Shown here in pieces: positions 9,201 through 17,926 of a DNA stretch of 42,621 nucleotides. A program made the translations under genes and the position numbers. The DNA is from Alphaproteobacteria bacterium (GTDB lineage: Bacteria; Pseudomonadota; Alphaproteobacteria; Rs-D84), in the NCBI GenBank assembly GCA_017513285.1, contig JAFXGD010000033.1, positions 1-42,621 of the forward strand, in the 5' to 3' direction. Below the pieces are notes generated by a model that was not told the origin of the DNA, did no database searches, and worked only from the letters and a program-made list of their open reading frames with translations. Numbering within the stretch: the stretch's first letter is position 1; every line of letters begins with the position of its first letter.

Positions 9201-10370
9201 GGCTTTGCGGACCAAGTATTCCAGATTGCGGAAAACCTGGTTATCGAATCTGGCACAGGCAGTTTGAAACCATTCGTTGGCAAAAAATTGACCGGTGAAG
9301 TTTTCGAAGGCATTCGTCCATCAGACGTCAAAAAATTGGCTGTCAAAAATAAAGAAGCCCAGGCAAAAATCGATGAATTGCGCGAACAGCATGTTCTGAA
9401 ATTAAAGCAATTGAACGAAAAAGCCGATGCCGAAATCGCAAAAGCAACCGAAAGCAATTCTTTGAATGCCGGTGTATTAAAAGAAGTAAAAGTATACATT
9501 GCGCATAAAATGAAATTGCAACCTGGTGATAAAATGGCGGGGCGTCACGGAAACAAGGGTATTGTATCCAAAGTTGTTCCTGTTGAAGACATGCCGCACT
9601 TGGCGGACGGTACACCGGTTGATTTGGTATTGAACCCATTGGGTGTGCCATCACGTATGAACATCGGCCAGATTTTGGAAACCCACCTTGGTATGGCTGC
9701 CCGCACATTGGGTGCCCAGATTGGTGCGGTTTTGGACGAAGTCAAAGCCAAACGTGCCGTTACGGATGATTTGCGCAGTATCATGGGTACGGTTTACGGC
9801 CCAGAAACCGCCGAAAAATTGGAAAAAATGACCGACACAGACGTACGTGCCCAGGCGGCCTTGTTACGTGACGGTGTTCCAATGGCGACGCCAACCTTTG
9901 ACGGTGCGACACCCGAAGACATTCGCAGTATGTTGAAATTGGCGAAATTGCCAGAAACGGGTCAATTTGACTTATACGACGGTATGACGGGTGAAAAATT
10001 TGCACGTCCTGTGACCGTTGGTGTCATGTACATGTTGAAACTGCATCACTTTGTTGATGAAAAGATTCACGCCCGTTCTATTGGCAGTTACTCTTTGGTA
10101 ACCCAGCAACCATTGTCTGGTAAAGCCCACATGGGTGGCCAGCGTTTGGGTGAAATGGAAGTTTGGGCATTAGAAGCGCACGGTGCAGCCCACCTGTTGC
10201 GTGAAATGCTGACTGTCAAATCGGACGACATCACCGGCCGTAACAAGATGTATGAATCCATCATTTCGGGCAGTGATGACATCCAAACCGGTACGCCAGA
10301 GGCCTTTAACGTATTCGTACGTGAATTACGTGGATTGGGTCTGGCGATGACACCCAAGAAAATTGATTAG
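6237..10370 (+). CDS. rpoB: DNA-directed RNA polymerase beta subunit
   Basis: [53 protein letters not shown]. Start re-called at ATG 6237 (AAGGA RBS). Confidence 0.99.
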   Translation: MAVIQKLRKSFGKSFLQTPLPDLVEIQYNSYKDFLQADVDPQSRKNMGLQNVFSSMFPIKDYAGIADLEFVEYTLDKPVYNVKECMLRNMTYSSKLKLKLRLILWDVAEDGKKTLRDIKEQEIFMGEVPLMTERGSFIASGVERVIVSQMHRAQGVVFATTKEAKVAGNPVTYTARIIPEHGSWIDFEESKGVIYVRIDRRRKVPATVLLRCLPCAEDEKKWLADPRKPTICGMSDTEILSAFYNRIPLKFDGKLWVGETQSFAGLDKYRLNYDLINPKDKKIIASKGDRLNAKRMKKLLETKSFGIMPESLVGEYLFDPIMNGDEVVMPAGTEITEEVLNDLDKMNVKEISLISIDNATVSAHMRNTLLADKTTNREEALIEIYNIIRPGERPTLEAAINLFMRQGFEPAYYDLSAVGRFKMNKRLKIDSGKKPEDERLLTKSDFLAVLKTLTNIIDRKDTVDDIDNLSNRRVRTVGELLEQNFRTGMVRIERLVRESLTSPNIANMQPQDVINVKPLMSLVSEFLGTSQLSQFMDAYNPLSELEHKRRISALGPGGLNRERAGIDVRDVHPTHYGRLCPIHTPEGANIGLINHLSAYARVNPYGFIETPYYVVENSRVTDKMVYLTADEELGHKIAQGNTPTNKDGALAEDMVTARVDGEFTMVAKEEVDLIDVEPRQVVSIATGLIPFVENDDANRALMGSNMQRQAVPLLRVQAPLVGTGIEREVARDSRTGKVAKHSGVVESVDANRIVVKCMNSRNVVTGVDIYNLEKFERSNSETIIHQKPLVKVGDRISAGDIIADGSSMNYGELALGRNVLVAFMPWRGYNYEDSIVISERISRDDVFTSVKIVEKEFKVRDTQLGPESLTRDIPNVGEEALKNLDESGIIYVGARVKHGDILVGRVTPKSETLLTPEEALLRNIFGEKALNVKDTSLRVGPNEEGTVIGVNVLTRHGVKKDERTQMIELQKIEQINKDREAEVAIIEKGFADQVFQIAENLVIESGTGSLKPFVGKKLTGEVFEGIRPSDVKKLAVKNKEAQAKIDELREQHVLKLKQLNEKADAEIAKATESNSLNAGVLKEVKVYIAHKMKLQPGDKMAGRHGNKGIVSKVVPVEDMPHLADGTPVDLVLNPLGVPSRMNIGQILETHLGMAARTLGAQIGAVLDEVKAKRAVTDDLRSIMGTVYGPETAEKLEKMTDTDVRAQAALLRDGVPMATPTFDGATPEDIRSMLKLAKLPETGQFDLYDGMTGEKFARPVTVGVMYMLKLHHFVDEKIHARSIGSYSLVTQQPLSGKAHMGGQRLGEMEVWALEAHGAAHLLREMLTVKSDDITGRNKMYESIISGSDDIQTGTPEAFNVFVRELRGLGLAMTPKKID

Positions 10371-10436
10371 TGGTTAGTGTTCCGGTTGCCGGTTATCCGG
10401 CAACCAACCTAACAACTAATACCTAACCACTAACAA
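10367..10436 (+). repeat. Nested inverted repeat with heptamer tandem units between rpoB and rpoC
   Basis: TTAGTGGTTAG (10367-10377) / CTAACCACTAA (10423-10433) enclosing GGTTGCCGG/CCGGCAACC; four tandem heptamers CTAACAA CTAATAC CTAACCA CTAACAA at 10409-10436. Confidence 0.75.
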
Positions 10437-10459
10437 CTCTTTCAAGCGAGGAAAATATA

Positions 10460-13400
10460 ATGAGCAATATGTTGCAAAAGATATTTGGACAAATCGAAAC
10501 CAAGGAACAATTTGATGCCTTGCGCATTACGATTGCGTCCCCAGAAGAGATTTTATCTTGGTCGCATGGCGAAGTAAAAAAGCCAGAAACCATTAACTAT
10601 CATTCTATGAAACCCGAATCCGAAGGTTTGTTCTGTCAACAGATTTTTGGTCCGGTCAAAGACTATGAATGTGCATGTGGAAAATATAAAAGAATCAAAT
10701 TCCGTGGTGTTGTCTGTGAACGTTGCGGTGTAGAGGTTGGTTCCGCATCCGTTCGTCGTGAACGCATGGGGCATATTAAATTGGCCATGCCGGTTGCACA
10801 CACATGGTTTTTACGTGAAGGTAAAATTGCAACTTTGTTGAACAATTTGCCACAAAAGAAGTTAGAGCAGGTTATTTCATACGATGCCTATATCGTTATT
10901 GAACCCGGTCTGACAAATTTAAAGCAATATGACGTAATCAGTGAAGATGAATATCAATCTGCGGTTGAAGAATTTGGTGCGGACGCATTCCATGTTGGTA
11001 TTGGCGCCGAAGGTGTTCGTTCCATCATCGCCGGTTTGGATATGGGCGATGAACGCACACGTCTGCGTGCAGAATTATCTGAAACGAAATCCGAAGCAAA
11101 ACGCAAAGCTTTGATAAAGCAGTTGAAATTGGTCGAAGCATTTTTGGATTCGAAAACGGAACCTGCATGGATGATGCCGGATATTATTCCCGTTATTCCA
11201 CCGGATATGCGTCCGTTGGTGACGTTGGATGCGGGTCACGTTGCGGCGTCTGATTTAAATGATTTGTATCGTCGTGTAATTATTCGTAACAATCGTTTGA
11301 AACGCTTTATGGAAATGCATGCACCTGACATCATTATCCGCAACGAAAAACGCATGTTACAAGAAGCGGTTGATTCATTATTTGACAATGGCCACAAAGC
11401 ACGTCCAATGGTATCCCAGAATCGTCGTCCTTTGAAATCGTTGTCTGATTCATTGCGTGGTAAATCCGGTCGTTTCCGTATGAACATGTTGGGTAAACGT
11501 GTTGACTATTCTGGTCGTTCGGTAATTGTATCGGGGCCAACCCTGAAATTGCATCAGGTTGGCTTGCCCAAGACAATGGCATTGGAATTATTTAAACCAT
11601 TTGTTTATGCACGTCTATTGGCGGGTGATTATGCAAACACATTAAAGACTGCACGTAAAATGGTTGAAAACGGCGAAGACGTTGTATGGGAAATTCTGGA
11701 AAAAGTTATCCACGAACATCCTGTATTGTTGAACCGTGCGCCTACATTGCACCGTCTGTCGTTGTTGGCATTTGAACCTGTTTTAATCGAAGGAAAAGCA
11801 ATCCGTTTGCATCCATTGGTCTGTGCGGGCTTTAACGCTGACTTTGACGGTGACCAGATGTCTGTTCACGTACCAATTTCATTAGAGGCCCAATTAGAAG
11901 CACGCACATTAATGTTGTCATCGAACAACGTATTGTCGCCTGCAAACGGTGAACCTATGACCGTCCCAACGCAAGACATGGTATTGGGTGTTTACTATAT
12001 ATCATTGATTAATGGTGAACACGATGAAAAATCGCCACGCTTTGCGAACATGGATGAAGTAAAATTGGCATTGGAAAACAAGACAATTACATTACACACA
12101 CCAATTGTTGCACGCATTAACGGCAAGACATACAAAACAACGGCGGGCCGTATGATTTTGGGTGAATTGTTGCCACAATGCGAAGAAATGCCATTTGATT
12201 TGGTAAATAAAGTAATGCCACGTGGTGAAATCAAATCTTTGTTGGCAACGACATACGAACGCTGTGGCGACAAAGCGATGATTTTGTTGGCGGACGCATT
12301 AAAGAACACCGGTTTTGAACAGGCTGCACGCAGTGGTATTTCCATTGGTTACGACGACATTGTGATTCCTGCAGAAAAGAAAGACTTGATTGCGGAATCT
12401 GAACAAGTTGCGGCCGAAATCGAAGAGCAGTATCAGAACGGTTTGTTATCTGGTGGTGAACGTCACAACAAACTGATTGACTTGTGGCAAAAGACGACCG
12501 ACAAATTGGGTGATATGGCATATGCCGCATTGGGTAAAACCACCGGCGACAATTGGAATTCTGTATACATGATGGCGTTATCTGGCGCCCGTGGTTCAAA
12601 ACGTCAGATTCAACAGTTGGCCGGTATGCGTGGTATGATGATGAAACCAGACGGTTCGATTATCGAAGTTCCGATTATTTCGAACTTTAAAGAAGGTCTG
12701 ACCATGTCTGAATACTTTACGTCCACCCACGGTGCCAGAAAAGGTATGTCGGATACGGCTTTGAAAACGGCTGACGCAGGTTATTTGACACGTCGTTTGG
12801 TTGAATTGGCGCAAAACACTGTTATCACGGAACATGACTGTGGCACAACAGAATTTATTACGGCCAAACCGGTTTATACGGGTTCGACATTATCTGTTGC
12901 GTTGGGTGATGTTGTATTGGGACGTACTGCGGCCCATGACATTGTGCATCCAATCACCAAAGAAGTTATCGTACCTGCCGGCGAATTGATTACCAAAGCG
13001 GCATCGAAAAAGATTAACGAATCCGGTTTACCATCTGTTGATGTGCGCAGTGTTCTGACATGTTGTTCGGATGGCCTGTGTGCAAAATGTTATGGTATGG
13101 ATTTGTCACGTAATGCATTGGTACACGTTGGTGAAGCGGTTGGTGTTATTGCGGGTCAATCGATTGGTGAACCTGGAACCCAGTTAACATTGCGTACTTT
13201 CCACATTGGTGGTGTTGCCGCCGGTGGTGCCGAAAGTCACTTTATCGAAGTTCCGGTTGCGGGTACAATCAAATTGTCGGGTGTTAACACAATTAAGAAC
13301 AGTGCCGGCCGTGTCGTAGTATTATCACGTAATGGCAAATTGGCGGTTGTGGATAAATCTGGTGAAGAATTATTCAGCAGCAACTTGCCATACGCATCTA

Positions 13401-14569
13401 TGTTGATTGTTAACGACGGCGACAGCGTTGAAAAAGGCGCAAAAGTTGCCGAATGGGATCCATATTCAAACACAATTATCGCCGAAAAAGACGGTATTGT
13501 GAACTTCAACGACTTGGTTGAAAACGTATCATACCAAGAAGAAGTTGATTCCATGACTGGCATTGTGTCACGCAAAGTTATCAATTGGAAGACAAACACG
13601 AAAAAGGCATTGAAACCTGCGATTACATTGGTTGACGCATCTGGCAACGTAATCAATTTGGGTGGCAAAAAGGTTGCAGAATATCTGTTGCCAATCTATT
13701 CGGTATTGAACGTTGCGAATGGTGACCATGTTGTTGCCGGTGACATTTTGGCACGTATCCCTGTCCAAGCAAAACGTACAGGCGACATTACGGGCGGTCT
13801 GCCACGTGTTAATGAATTGCTGGAAGTTCGTCGTCCAACCAATCCTGCATTGTTGGCGGAAATCGACGGTACGGTTGAATTAGAAGATGCAAAATCTAAA
13901 ATTATCATCCGTATTGAACCATCGGACGGCACTGCGCCGGTTGAATATGCGGTTCCAAAGGGTACAAACCTGTTGGTGCGCAGTGGCGACGTCGTTCGCA
14001 AAGCGGAAAAGTTGGTTGATGGTGATCCTGTTCCACAAGATATCTTGCGTATTTTGGGTCAGAAAGCCTTGGCAACATTTATGGTTGACCAGATTCAACA
14101 GGTTTATCGTCTGCAGGGCGTGACCATCAATGACAAACATATTGAAATTTTGATACGTGAAATGACACGCCGTGTTGAAATCACGAATCCTGGTGACACA
14201 GGCTTCTTGATGGGCCAGGTTGTTGACCGTGTTGATTTCGAAGAAGAAAACGCACGTGTTGCACGTGATAATGGCAAATTGGCCGAAGCGTCCCAAGTCT
14301 TGGTTGGTTTGACACGTGCATCATTGACATCACGTTCATTTATTTCGAACGCATCGTTCCAACAGACGACCAAAGTATTGGTAGATGCCGCAATCAGTGG
14401 TTCAACCGATAAATTGGTTGGTATTAATGAAAACTTGATTGTTGGTCGTTTGATACCAATTGGCACGGGTGCATATGTCCGTCGTGTACGTGAAATTGCC
14501 CGTGAAGAAGAACGTGCAGAAAAATTGGCACGTGAAGGCAACGGTCAGCAGCAATTGTTGGATATCTAA
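10460..14569 (+). CDS. rpoC: DNA-directed RNA polymerase beta' subunit
   Basis: Zn finger CACGKYK..CERCGVE, catalytic NADFDGD, trigger loop GEPGTQLTLRTFHIGG. Confidence 0.99.
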   Translation: MSNMLQKIFGQIETKEQFDALRITIASPEEILSWSHGEVKKPETINYHSMKPESEGLFCQQIFGPVKDYECACGKYKRIKFRGVVCERCGVEVGSASVRRERMGHIKLAMPVAHTWFLREGKIATLLNNLPQKKLEQVISYDAYIVIEPGLTNLKQYDVISEDEYQSAVEEFGADAFHVGIGAEGVRSIIAGLDMGDERTRLRAELSETKSEAKRKALIKQLKLVEAFLDSKTEPAWMMPDIIPVIPPDMRPLVTLDAGHVAASDLNDLYRRVIIRNNRLKRFMEMHAPDIIIRNEKRMLQEAVDSLFDNGHKARPMVSQNRRPLKSLSDSLRGKSGRFRMNMLGKRVDYSGRSVIVSGPTLKLHQVGLPKTMALELFKPFVYARLLAGDYANTLKTARKMVENGEDVVWEILEKVIHEHPVLLNRAPTLHRLSLLAFEPVLIEGKAIRLHPLVCAGFNADFDGDQMSVHVPISLEAQLEARTLMLSSNNVLSPANGEPMTVPTQDMVLGVYYISLINGEHDEKSPRFANMDEVKLALENKTITLHTPIVARINGKTYKTTAGRMILGELLPQCEEMPFDLVNKVMPRGEIKSLLATTYERCGDKAMILLADALKNTGFEQAARSGISIGYDDIVIPAEKKDLIAESEQVAAEIEEQYQNGLLSGGERHNKLIDLWQKTTDKLGDMAYAALGKTTGDNWNSVYMMALSGARGSKRQIQQLAGMRGMMMKPDGSIIEVPIISNFKEGLTMSEYFTSTHGARKGMSDTALKTADAGYLTRRLVELAQNTVITEHDCGTTEFITAKPVYTGSTLSVALGDVVLGRTAAHDIVHPITKEVIVPAGELITKAASKKINESGLPSVDVRSVLTCCSDGLCAKCYGMDLSRNALVHVGEAVGVIAGQSIGEPGTQLTLRTFHIGGVAAGGAESHFIEVPVAGTIKLSGVNTIKNSAGRVVVLSRNGKLAVVDKSGEELFSSNLPYASMLIVNDGDSVEKGAKVAEWDPYSNTIIAEKDGIVNFNDLVENVSYQEEVDSMTGIVSRKVINWKTNTKKALKPAITLVDASGNVINLGGKKVAEYLLPIYSVLNVANGDHVVAGDILARIPVQAKRTGDITGGLPRVNELLEVRRPTNPALLAEIDGTVELEDAKSKIIIRIEPSDGTAPVEYAVPKGTNLLVRSGDVVRKAEKLVDGDPVPQDILRILGQKALATFMVDQIQQVYRLQGVTINDKHIEILIREMTRRVEITNPGDTGFLMGQVVDRVDFEEENARVARDNGKLAEASQVLVGLTRASLTSRSFISNASFQQTTKVLVDAAISGSTDKLVGINENLIVGRLIPIGTGAYVRRVREIAREEERAEKLAREGNGQQQLLDI

Positions 14570-14575
14570 TATAAC

Positions 14576-14646
14576 ACCATGTCCGGATGCATAATCTGGG
14601 CATGGTAAAAAGTTTTCCTTGCAAATGCGCAGAAAATGAATAGAAT
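14576..14646 (+). promoter_or_regulatory. Hairpin ending rpoC followed by putative rpmF promoter
   Basis: ACCATGTCCGGAT/ATCTGGGCATGGT stem; TTGCAA-16nt-TAGAAT at 14619-14646. Confidence 0.5.
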
Positions 14647-14675
14647 AAGACAGTCATAATAAAAAGGATAGTAAA

Positions 14676-14825
14676 ATGGCAACGCCAAAAAGTAAAACCA
14701 GTAAAGCACGTTCCGCACAACGTCGTTCACATGACGCATTGTCTGTGATGCCATGCGGTGTATGCAAAACATGTGGCGAAAAGAAACGTCCACATCACGT
14801 TTGTCCTGCATGCGGTGCGAAATAA
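14676..14825 (+). CDS. rpmF: 50S ribosomal protein L32 (49 aa, zinc-ribbon form)
   Basis: Not in ORF track. MATPKSKTSKARSAQRRSHDALSVMPCGVCKTCGEKKRPHHVCPACGAK; AAGGA RBS; upstream of plsX. Confidence 0.97.
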   Translation: MATPKSKTSKARSAQRRSHDALSVMPCGVCKTCGEKKRPHHVCPACGAK

Positions 14826-14850
14826 TACAACCAAATAAAATGGAATTAAC

Positions 14851-14888
14851 CAGGGCAGGGCGGTAATCATCGTCCTGTTCTGCTTTTT
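14851..14888 (+). terminator. Intrinsic terminator/attenuator between rpmF and plsX
   Basis: CAGGGCAGGGCGGT-AATC-ATCGTCCTGTTCTG (G.U-rich) followed by CTTTTT. Confidence 0.65.
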
Positions 14889-14895
14889 ATATACT

Positions 14896-15966
14896 ATGTC
14901 AGAAGAAAAAAAGATTATTGCGATTGATGCCATGGGTGGTGACAAAGGGCCGAATGCGGTTCTGGGTGGCATGAATCAGTATTTATATCAAAACGGCGAA
15001 GGGCATGTGTCATTTCGTCTGTTTGGCGATGAAAAGAAATTACGTAAATTGTTGGCAAAATATCCACGTGTTTCCCGTAATGTAGAGGTTGTACACGCCC
15101 CAAACGTTATCAAAGGTACCGATAAAGTTATGGATGTTTTGCGTCACGCCCAAGATACGTCCATGTATATGGCCATCAAAGACGTCCGTGAAGGCAAATC
15201 TGCTGCGATAATCAGTGCGGGCAACACGGGCATATTAATGTCCTTGTCAAAATTGGCGTTAAAGACCATTGATGGCATATCACGTCCTGCGATTACCACA
15301 ATGTTGCCGTCTGGTGCGGGTGACAGTCGTGTTGTTGTGTTGGATTTGGGTGCGAACGTTCATTGTGATGAAACGATATTATTTGACTTTGCCGTATTGG
15401 GCAGTGTTTATGCCGAAGTTGTTGGCAAAATGCCACGTCCAAAATTGGGCATTTTGAATATTGGTTCCGAAGAAACCAAAGGTAACGACGTCTTGATACA
15501 TTTGAACAAAGTGTTAACGGCCAACAAAGATAAATTGCCATACGAATATCTGGGCTTTGTCGAAGCCAGTGATATCAGTGCCGGTCGTGTCCAAGTTGTT
15601 GTCACCGACGGCTTTACCGGCAATATTGTATTAAAGACGGTCGAAGGCACCGCCAAATTGATTAAACGTGTTGTTGTTGAAAACTTCAAAAAATCGATTT
15701 TGGCAATGATTGGTGCGTTCTTTTTGGTGCATGTGTTTAAACGTTTAAAGCATAAAATTGATCCACGTTCATATGCGGGTGCGACCTTTTTGGGTTTGCG
15801 TGGTTTTGCGTTTAAAACGCATGGTAACAGTGATGCCTTGGCATTTGCGAATTCGATTAAATATGCGGTGGATTTAACCACGGCGAATTTGAATGGTTTG
15901 ATTGCCGAACGGGCCCGTGCATTGGCGGATGTGCGTTCACAAATAAACGCACCCACCGCAGAATAA
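14896..15966 (+). CDS. plsX: Phosphate acyltransferase PlsX
   Basis: IAIDAMGGDKGP, ISAGNTG, LDLGAN, LNIGSEETKG, VVTDGFTGNIVLKTVEG, KTHG. Confidence 0.98.
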   Translation: MSEEKKIIAIDAMGGDKGPNAVLGGMNQYLYQNGEGHVSFRLFGDEKKLRKLLAKYPRVSRNVEVVHAPNVIKGTDKVMDVLRHAQDTSMYMAIKDVREGKSAAIISAGNTGILMSLSKLALKTIDGISRPAITTMLPSGAGDSRVVVLDLGANVHCDETILFDFAVLGSVYAEVVGKMPRPKLGILNIGSEETKGNDVLIHLNKVLTANKDKLPYEYLGFVEASDISAGRVQVVVTDGFTGNIVLKTVEGTAKLIKRVVVENFKKSILAMIGAFFLVHVFKRLKHKIDPRSYAGATFLGLRGFAFKTHGNSDALAFANSIKYAVDLTTANLNGLIAERARALADVRSQINAPTAE

Positions 15967-15992
15967 AAAATCCCGCAAATGCGGGATTTTTT
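15965..15992. terminator. Bidirectional intrinsic terminator (plsX / mraZ)
   Basis: AAAAAATCCCGC-AAAT-GCGGGATTTTTT. Confidence 0.9.
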
Positions 15993-16071
15993 ATTATCAG
16001 TTGTCCGAATAATGGCAATTTTGATTCAGTTTATATATGTACCAGATTGTGCGTCAAGCATAAAGTCGGCA

Positions 16072-16521
16072 TTATTCGCCAATTTTTAAGTTTGGACGTG
16101 TCCCACGCAGGTTCTGCAAAGATTTTTCTTGGGCGGCATGGAATGCGCCCGGGTTCCATATTTGGAAACTGTTTCCACGACCGACAAAAACCGCTGAATC
16201 TGTAATGCCTGCATGCTTTAACATATCCGCGGGTATAACGATGCGTCCGGTTACATCAAATGCCAATGGGCGTGCATCTGCAAACAGCATGGCGGTCAAA
16301 TCATCCAATTCGCTGTCGAATACGCCCATTTTGTCGGTTGCGCTGGCCATTTGTTCCATGCGTGACATGGTCACACCTTCGATGCAATTATTTGTAAAAG
16401 ACCGGAATAAAATCACACCGGCAAAGTCTTCTTTGGCAATTGCCGCACGAAAGGAAGCCGGTACTGAAATTCGCCCTTTGGTATCCAACCGATTTTCATA
16501 AGATGAGAGAAATAATGCCAT
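16072..16521 (-). CDS. mraZ: Transcriptional regulator MraZ
   Basis: Two AbrB-like repeats LDTKGRISVPASFR and FDVTGRIVIP, and FVGRGNSFQIWNP. Confidence 0.96.
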   Translation of the reverse strand: MALFLSSYENRLDTKGRISVPASFRAAIAKEDFAGVILFRSFTNNCIEGVTMSRMEQMASATDKMGVFDSELDDLTAMLFADARPLAFDVTGRIVIPADMLKHAGITDSAVFVGRGNSFQIWNPGAFHAAQEKSLQNLRGTRPNLKIGE

Positions 16522-16575
16522 TTTATGATAAATTTTGGGTTAATTTTTTACCTTTTTCCTTTCTGCGTCACATGC

Positions 16576-16648
16576 AATTTAGCATGGGGATTTATGGTTG
16601 TCAATGACAAATTCATGTTTTTTTATGGGAAATTATGGTTTTTTGGGT
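16576..16648 (-). promoter_or_regulatory. mraZ sigma70 promoter overlapped by 10-bp-periodic MraZ-type boxes
   Basis: Minus strand TTGACA (16604-16599)-17nt-TAAATT with extended TG. Plus strand ATGGG/ATGGT/ATGAC/ATGTT/ATGGG/ATGGT at 16584, 16594, 16604, 16615, 16625, 16635. Confidence 0.8.
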
Positions 16649-16695
16649 CAAAAATAAATTTTTTTAAATAAAATGAAAATAAATGCATTTTGTGC

Positions 16696-16725
16696 TTGAC
16701 CTGCGATTCGTTTTTGTTCTAAGAT
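16696..16725 (+). promoter_or_regulatory. Putative promoter for the 113-aa gene (implies ~170-nt leader)
   Basis: TTGACC-18nt-TAAGAT. Confidence 0.5.
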
Positions 16726-16901
16726 GTTTGTATAGACAAGCAAGGGAAAAAGAATTCTCCCAGAAATCTGCGGAAAAGCCGGTTTTTTGGGAAAAACAAA
16801 AATAAACAACCAATGTAAGTCTGGTTAAATTGTAAATACCGACGTATTTACATGAAAACTGGCTGAAAACAACAATAACGCCCGAAAGGAGGGGAACGCA
16901 C

Positions 16902-17243
16902 ATGCCAAAAAACATCAAAGAAATAATGATTGCTTTAAACCAAGTTTTAACAACAACGGTTTGGGTTAACGAAGATCGTCAAATCATATCTTTGGCGGAT
17001 GAATTAAAAATTGGCATGAATAACACTCCTCGTTCTATCGAAGATTTATCACGTCCATCATTGGTTGGTGCATATGTTTCTTTACAGATTCGTACCGACA
17101 ACTTTGATATTGCGGCCGAAACATTGGATACAAAAGCGTTGGCATTGCGTGTCAAAGAAATGGTCTTTGCCGAAGCAAAAAAGATTATGGATGCCGCCGA
17201 CGCAACAGTTACAACATCGGAATCCGTCGCAATCGCAGCATAA
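16902..17243 (+). CDS. Hypothetical protein (113 aa) with C-terminal VAIAA degron-like tail
   Basis: Strong RBS AAAGGAGGGG, host-like codon usage, own terminator; no family recognised. Confidence 0.85.
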   Translation: MPKNIKEIMIALNQVLTTTVWVNEDRQIISLADELKIGMNNTPRSIEDLSRPSLVGAYVSLQIRTDNFDIAAETLDTKALALRVKEMVFAEAKKIMDAADATVTTSESVAIAA

Positions 17244-17306
17244 TTGCTGGATAAAATGTGCGTGTCTGATGTTTATCAGTTTCCGGATAACCGGAAGGAA
17301 GGGAGC

Positions 17307-17337
17307 CACCGTCAACATTTGTTGGCGGTGATTTTTT
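17307..17337 (+). terminator. Intrinsic terminator after the 113-aa gene
   Basis: CACCGTCAAC-ATTT-GTTGGCGGTG-ATTTTTT. Confidence 0.85.
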
Positions 17338-17407
17338 GGAATTCATACCTGATGACATATATGTCCCGAATATGCAAAATATTAATGTATAACCAAAAGG
17401 GTGTAAT

Positions 17408-17923
17408 ATGTTCAGAAAATCAAAAATTTGTATAACAATTTTGGCGCTGTATGAAATTGTGGCGATATGCTTGCTGCATTTACAAAGCACGTGTACCGCC
17501 ATGTTTGGTTCCGTGTTTTGTGGCACGTGGTTTCGTTATTTTATTTTCTGTATTGCGTTGCCGGTTGTTGTAATGTTGGTATGGATGTGGATTGCCGGTG
17601 CGATACGTGCGCATCGTCGTCGTCGCTTTATTCGTCGTGCCAAAGGCGCCCTGCACAGTCTGGTGTCGGGTATTCGTGGCCGTGTTATGGAAAATATATC
17701 GTCTGATGATATTGAACGGATTATTATTGCGGCGGTTTTATTTGGGATAAAGCGCTATGTTGATCGTCATCCTGACCTGCATCATGGCATAAACAATGTA
17801 ATGGATTTGGCGGACGGCACGATTGACATATCGGATGTGTCGGTATCGCAAACAGGTGTCCGCAAAGCCCGGCAGACGACCAAACGACGTGGTGACAAAA
17901 AATCCAGTGTACGCCGCAAATAA
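17408..17923 (+). CDS. Hypothetical membrane protein (two N-terminal TM helices, Arg/Lys-rich cytoplasmic part)
   Basis: AAGGGTG RBS, hydrophobic segments at about aa 7-24 and 43-66, RAHRRRRFIRR after TM2, terminator directly after the stop. Confidence 0.8.
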   Translation: MFRKSKICITILALYEIVAICLLHLQSTCTAMFGSVFCGTWFRYFIFCIALPVVVMLVWMWIAGAIRAHRRRRFIRRAKGALHSLVSGIRGRVMENISSDDIERIIIAAVLFGIKRYVDRHPDLHHGINNVMDLADGTIDISDVSVSQTGVRKARQTTKRRGDKKSSVRRK

Positions 17924-17926
17924 ACC

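Noticed and set aside
16932-16952. Possible CtrA box TTAA..TTAAC at the start of the 113-aa gene
   Set aside because: Spacing is 8 nt rather than 7 and it lies within coding sequence.
17190-17243. AADATVTTSESVAIAA looks like a tmRNA tag reading frame
   Set aside because: It is the end of a 113-aa ORF with its own RBS, and no tRNA-like acceptor/T-arm piece ending in CCA is nearby.
17270-17310. CCGGAAGGAAG resembles the SRP (4.5S) RNA domain IV
   Set aside because: The flanking CAGG and CAGC of the conserved internal loop are absent, and CCGGAA pairs locally with TTCCGG; no long SRP hairpin.
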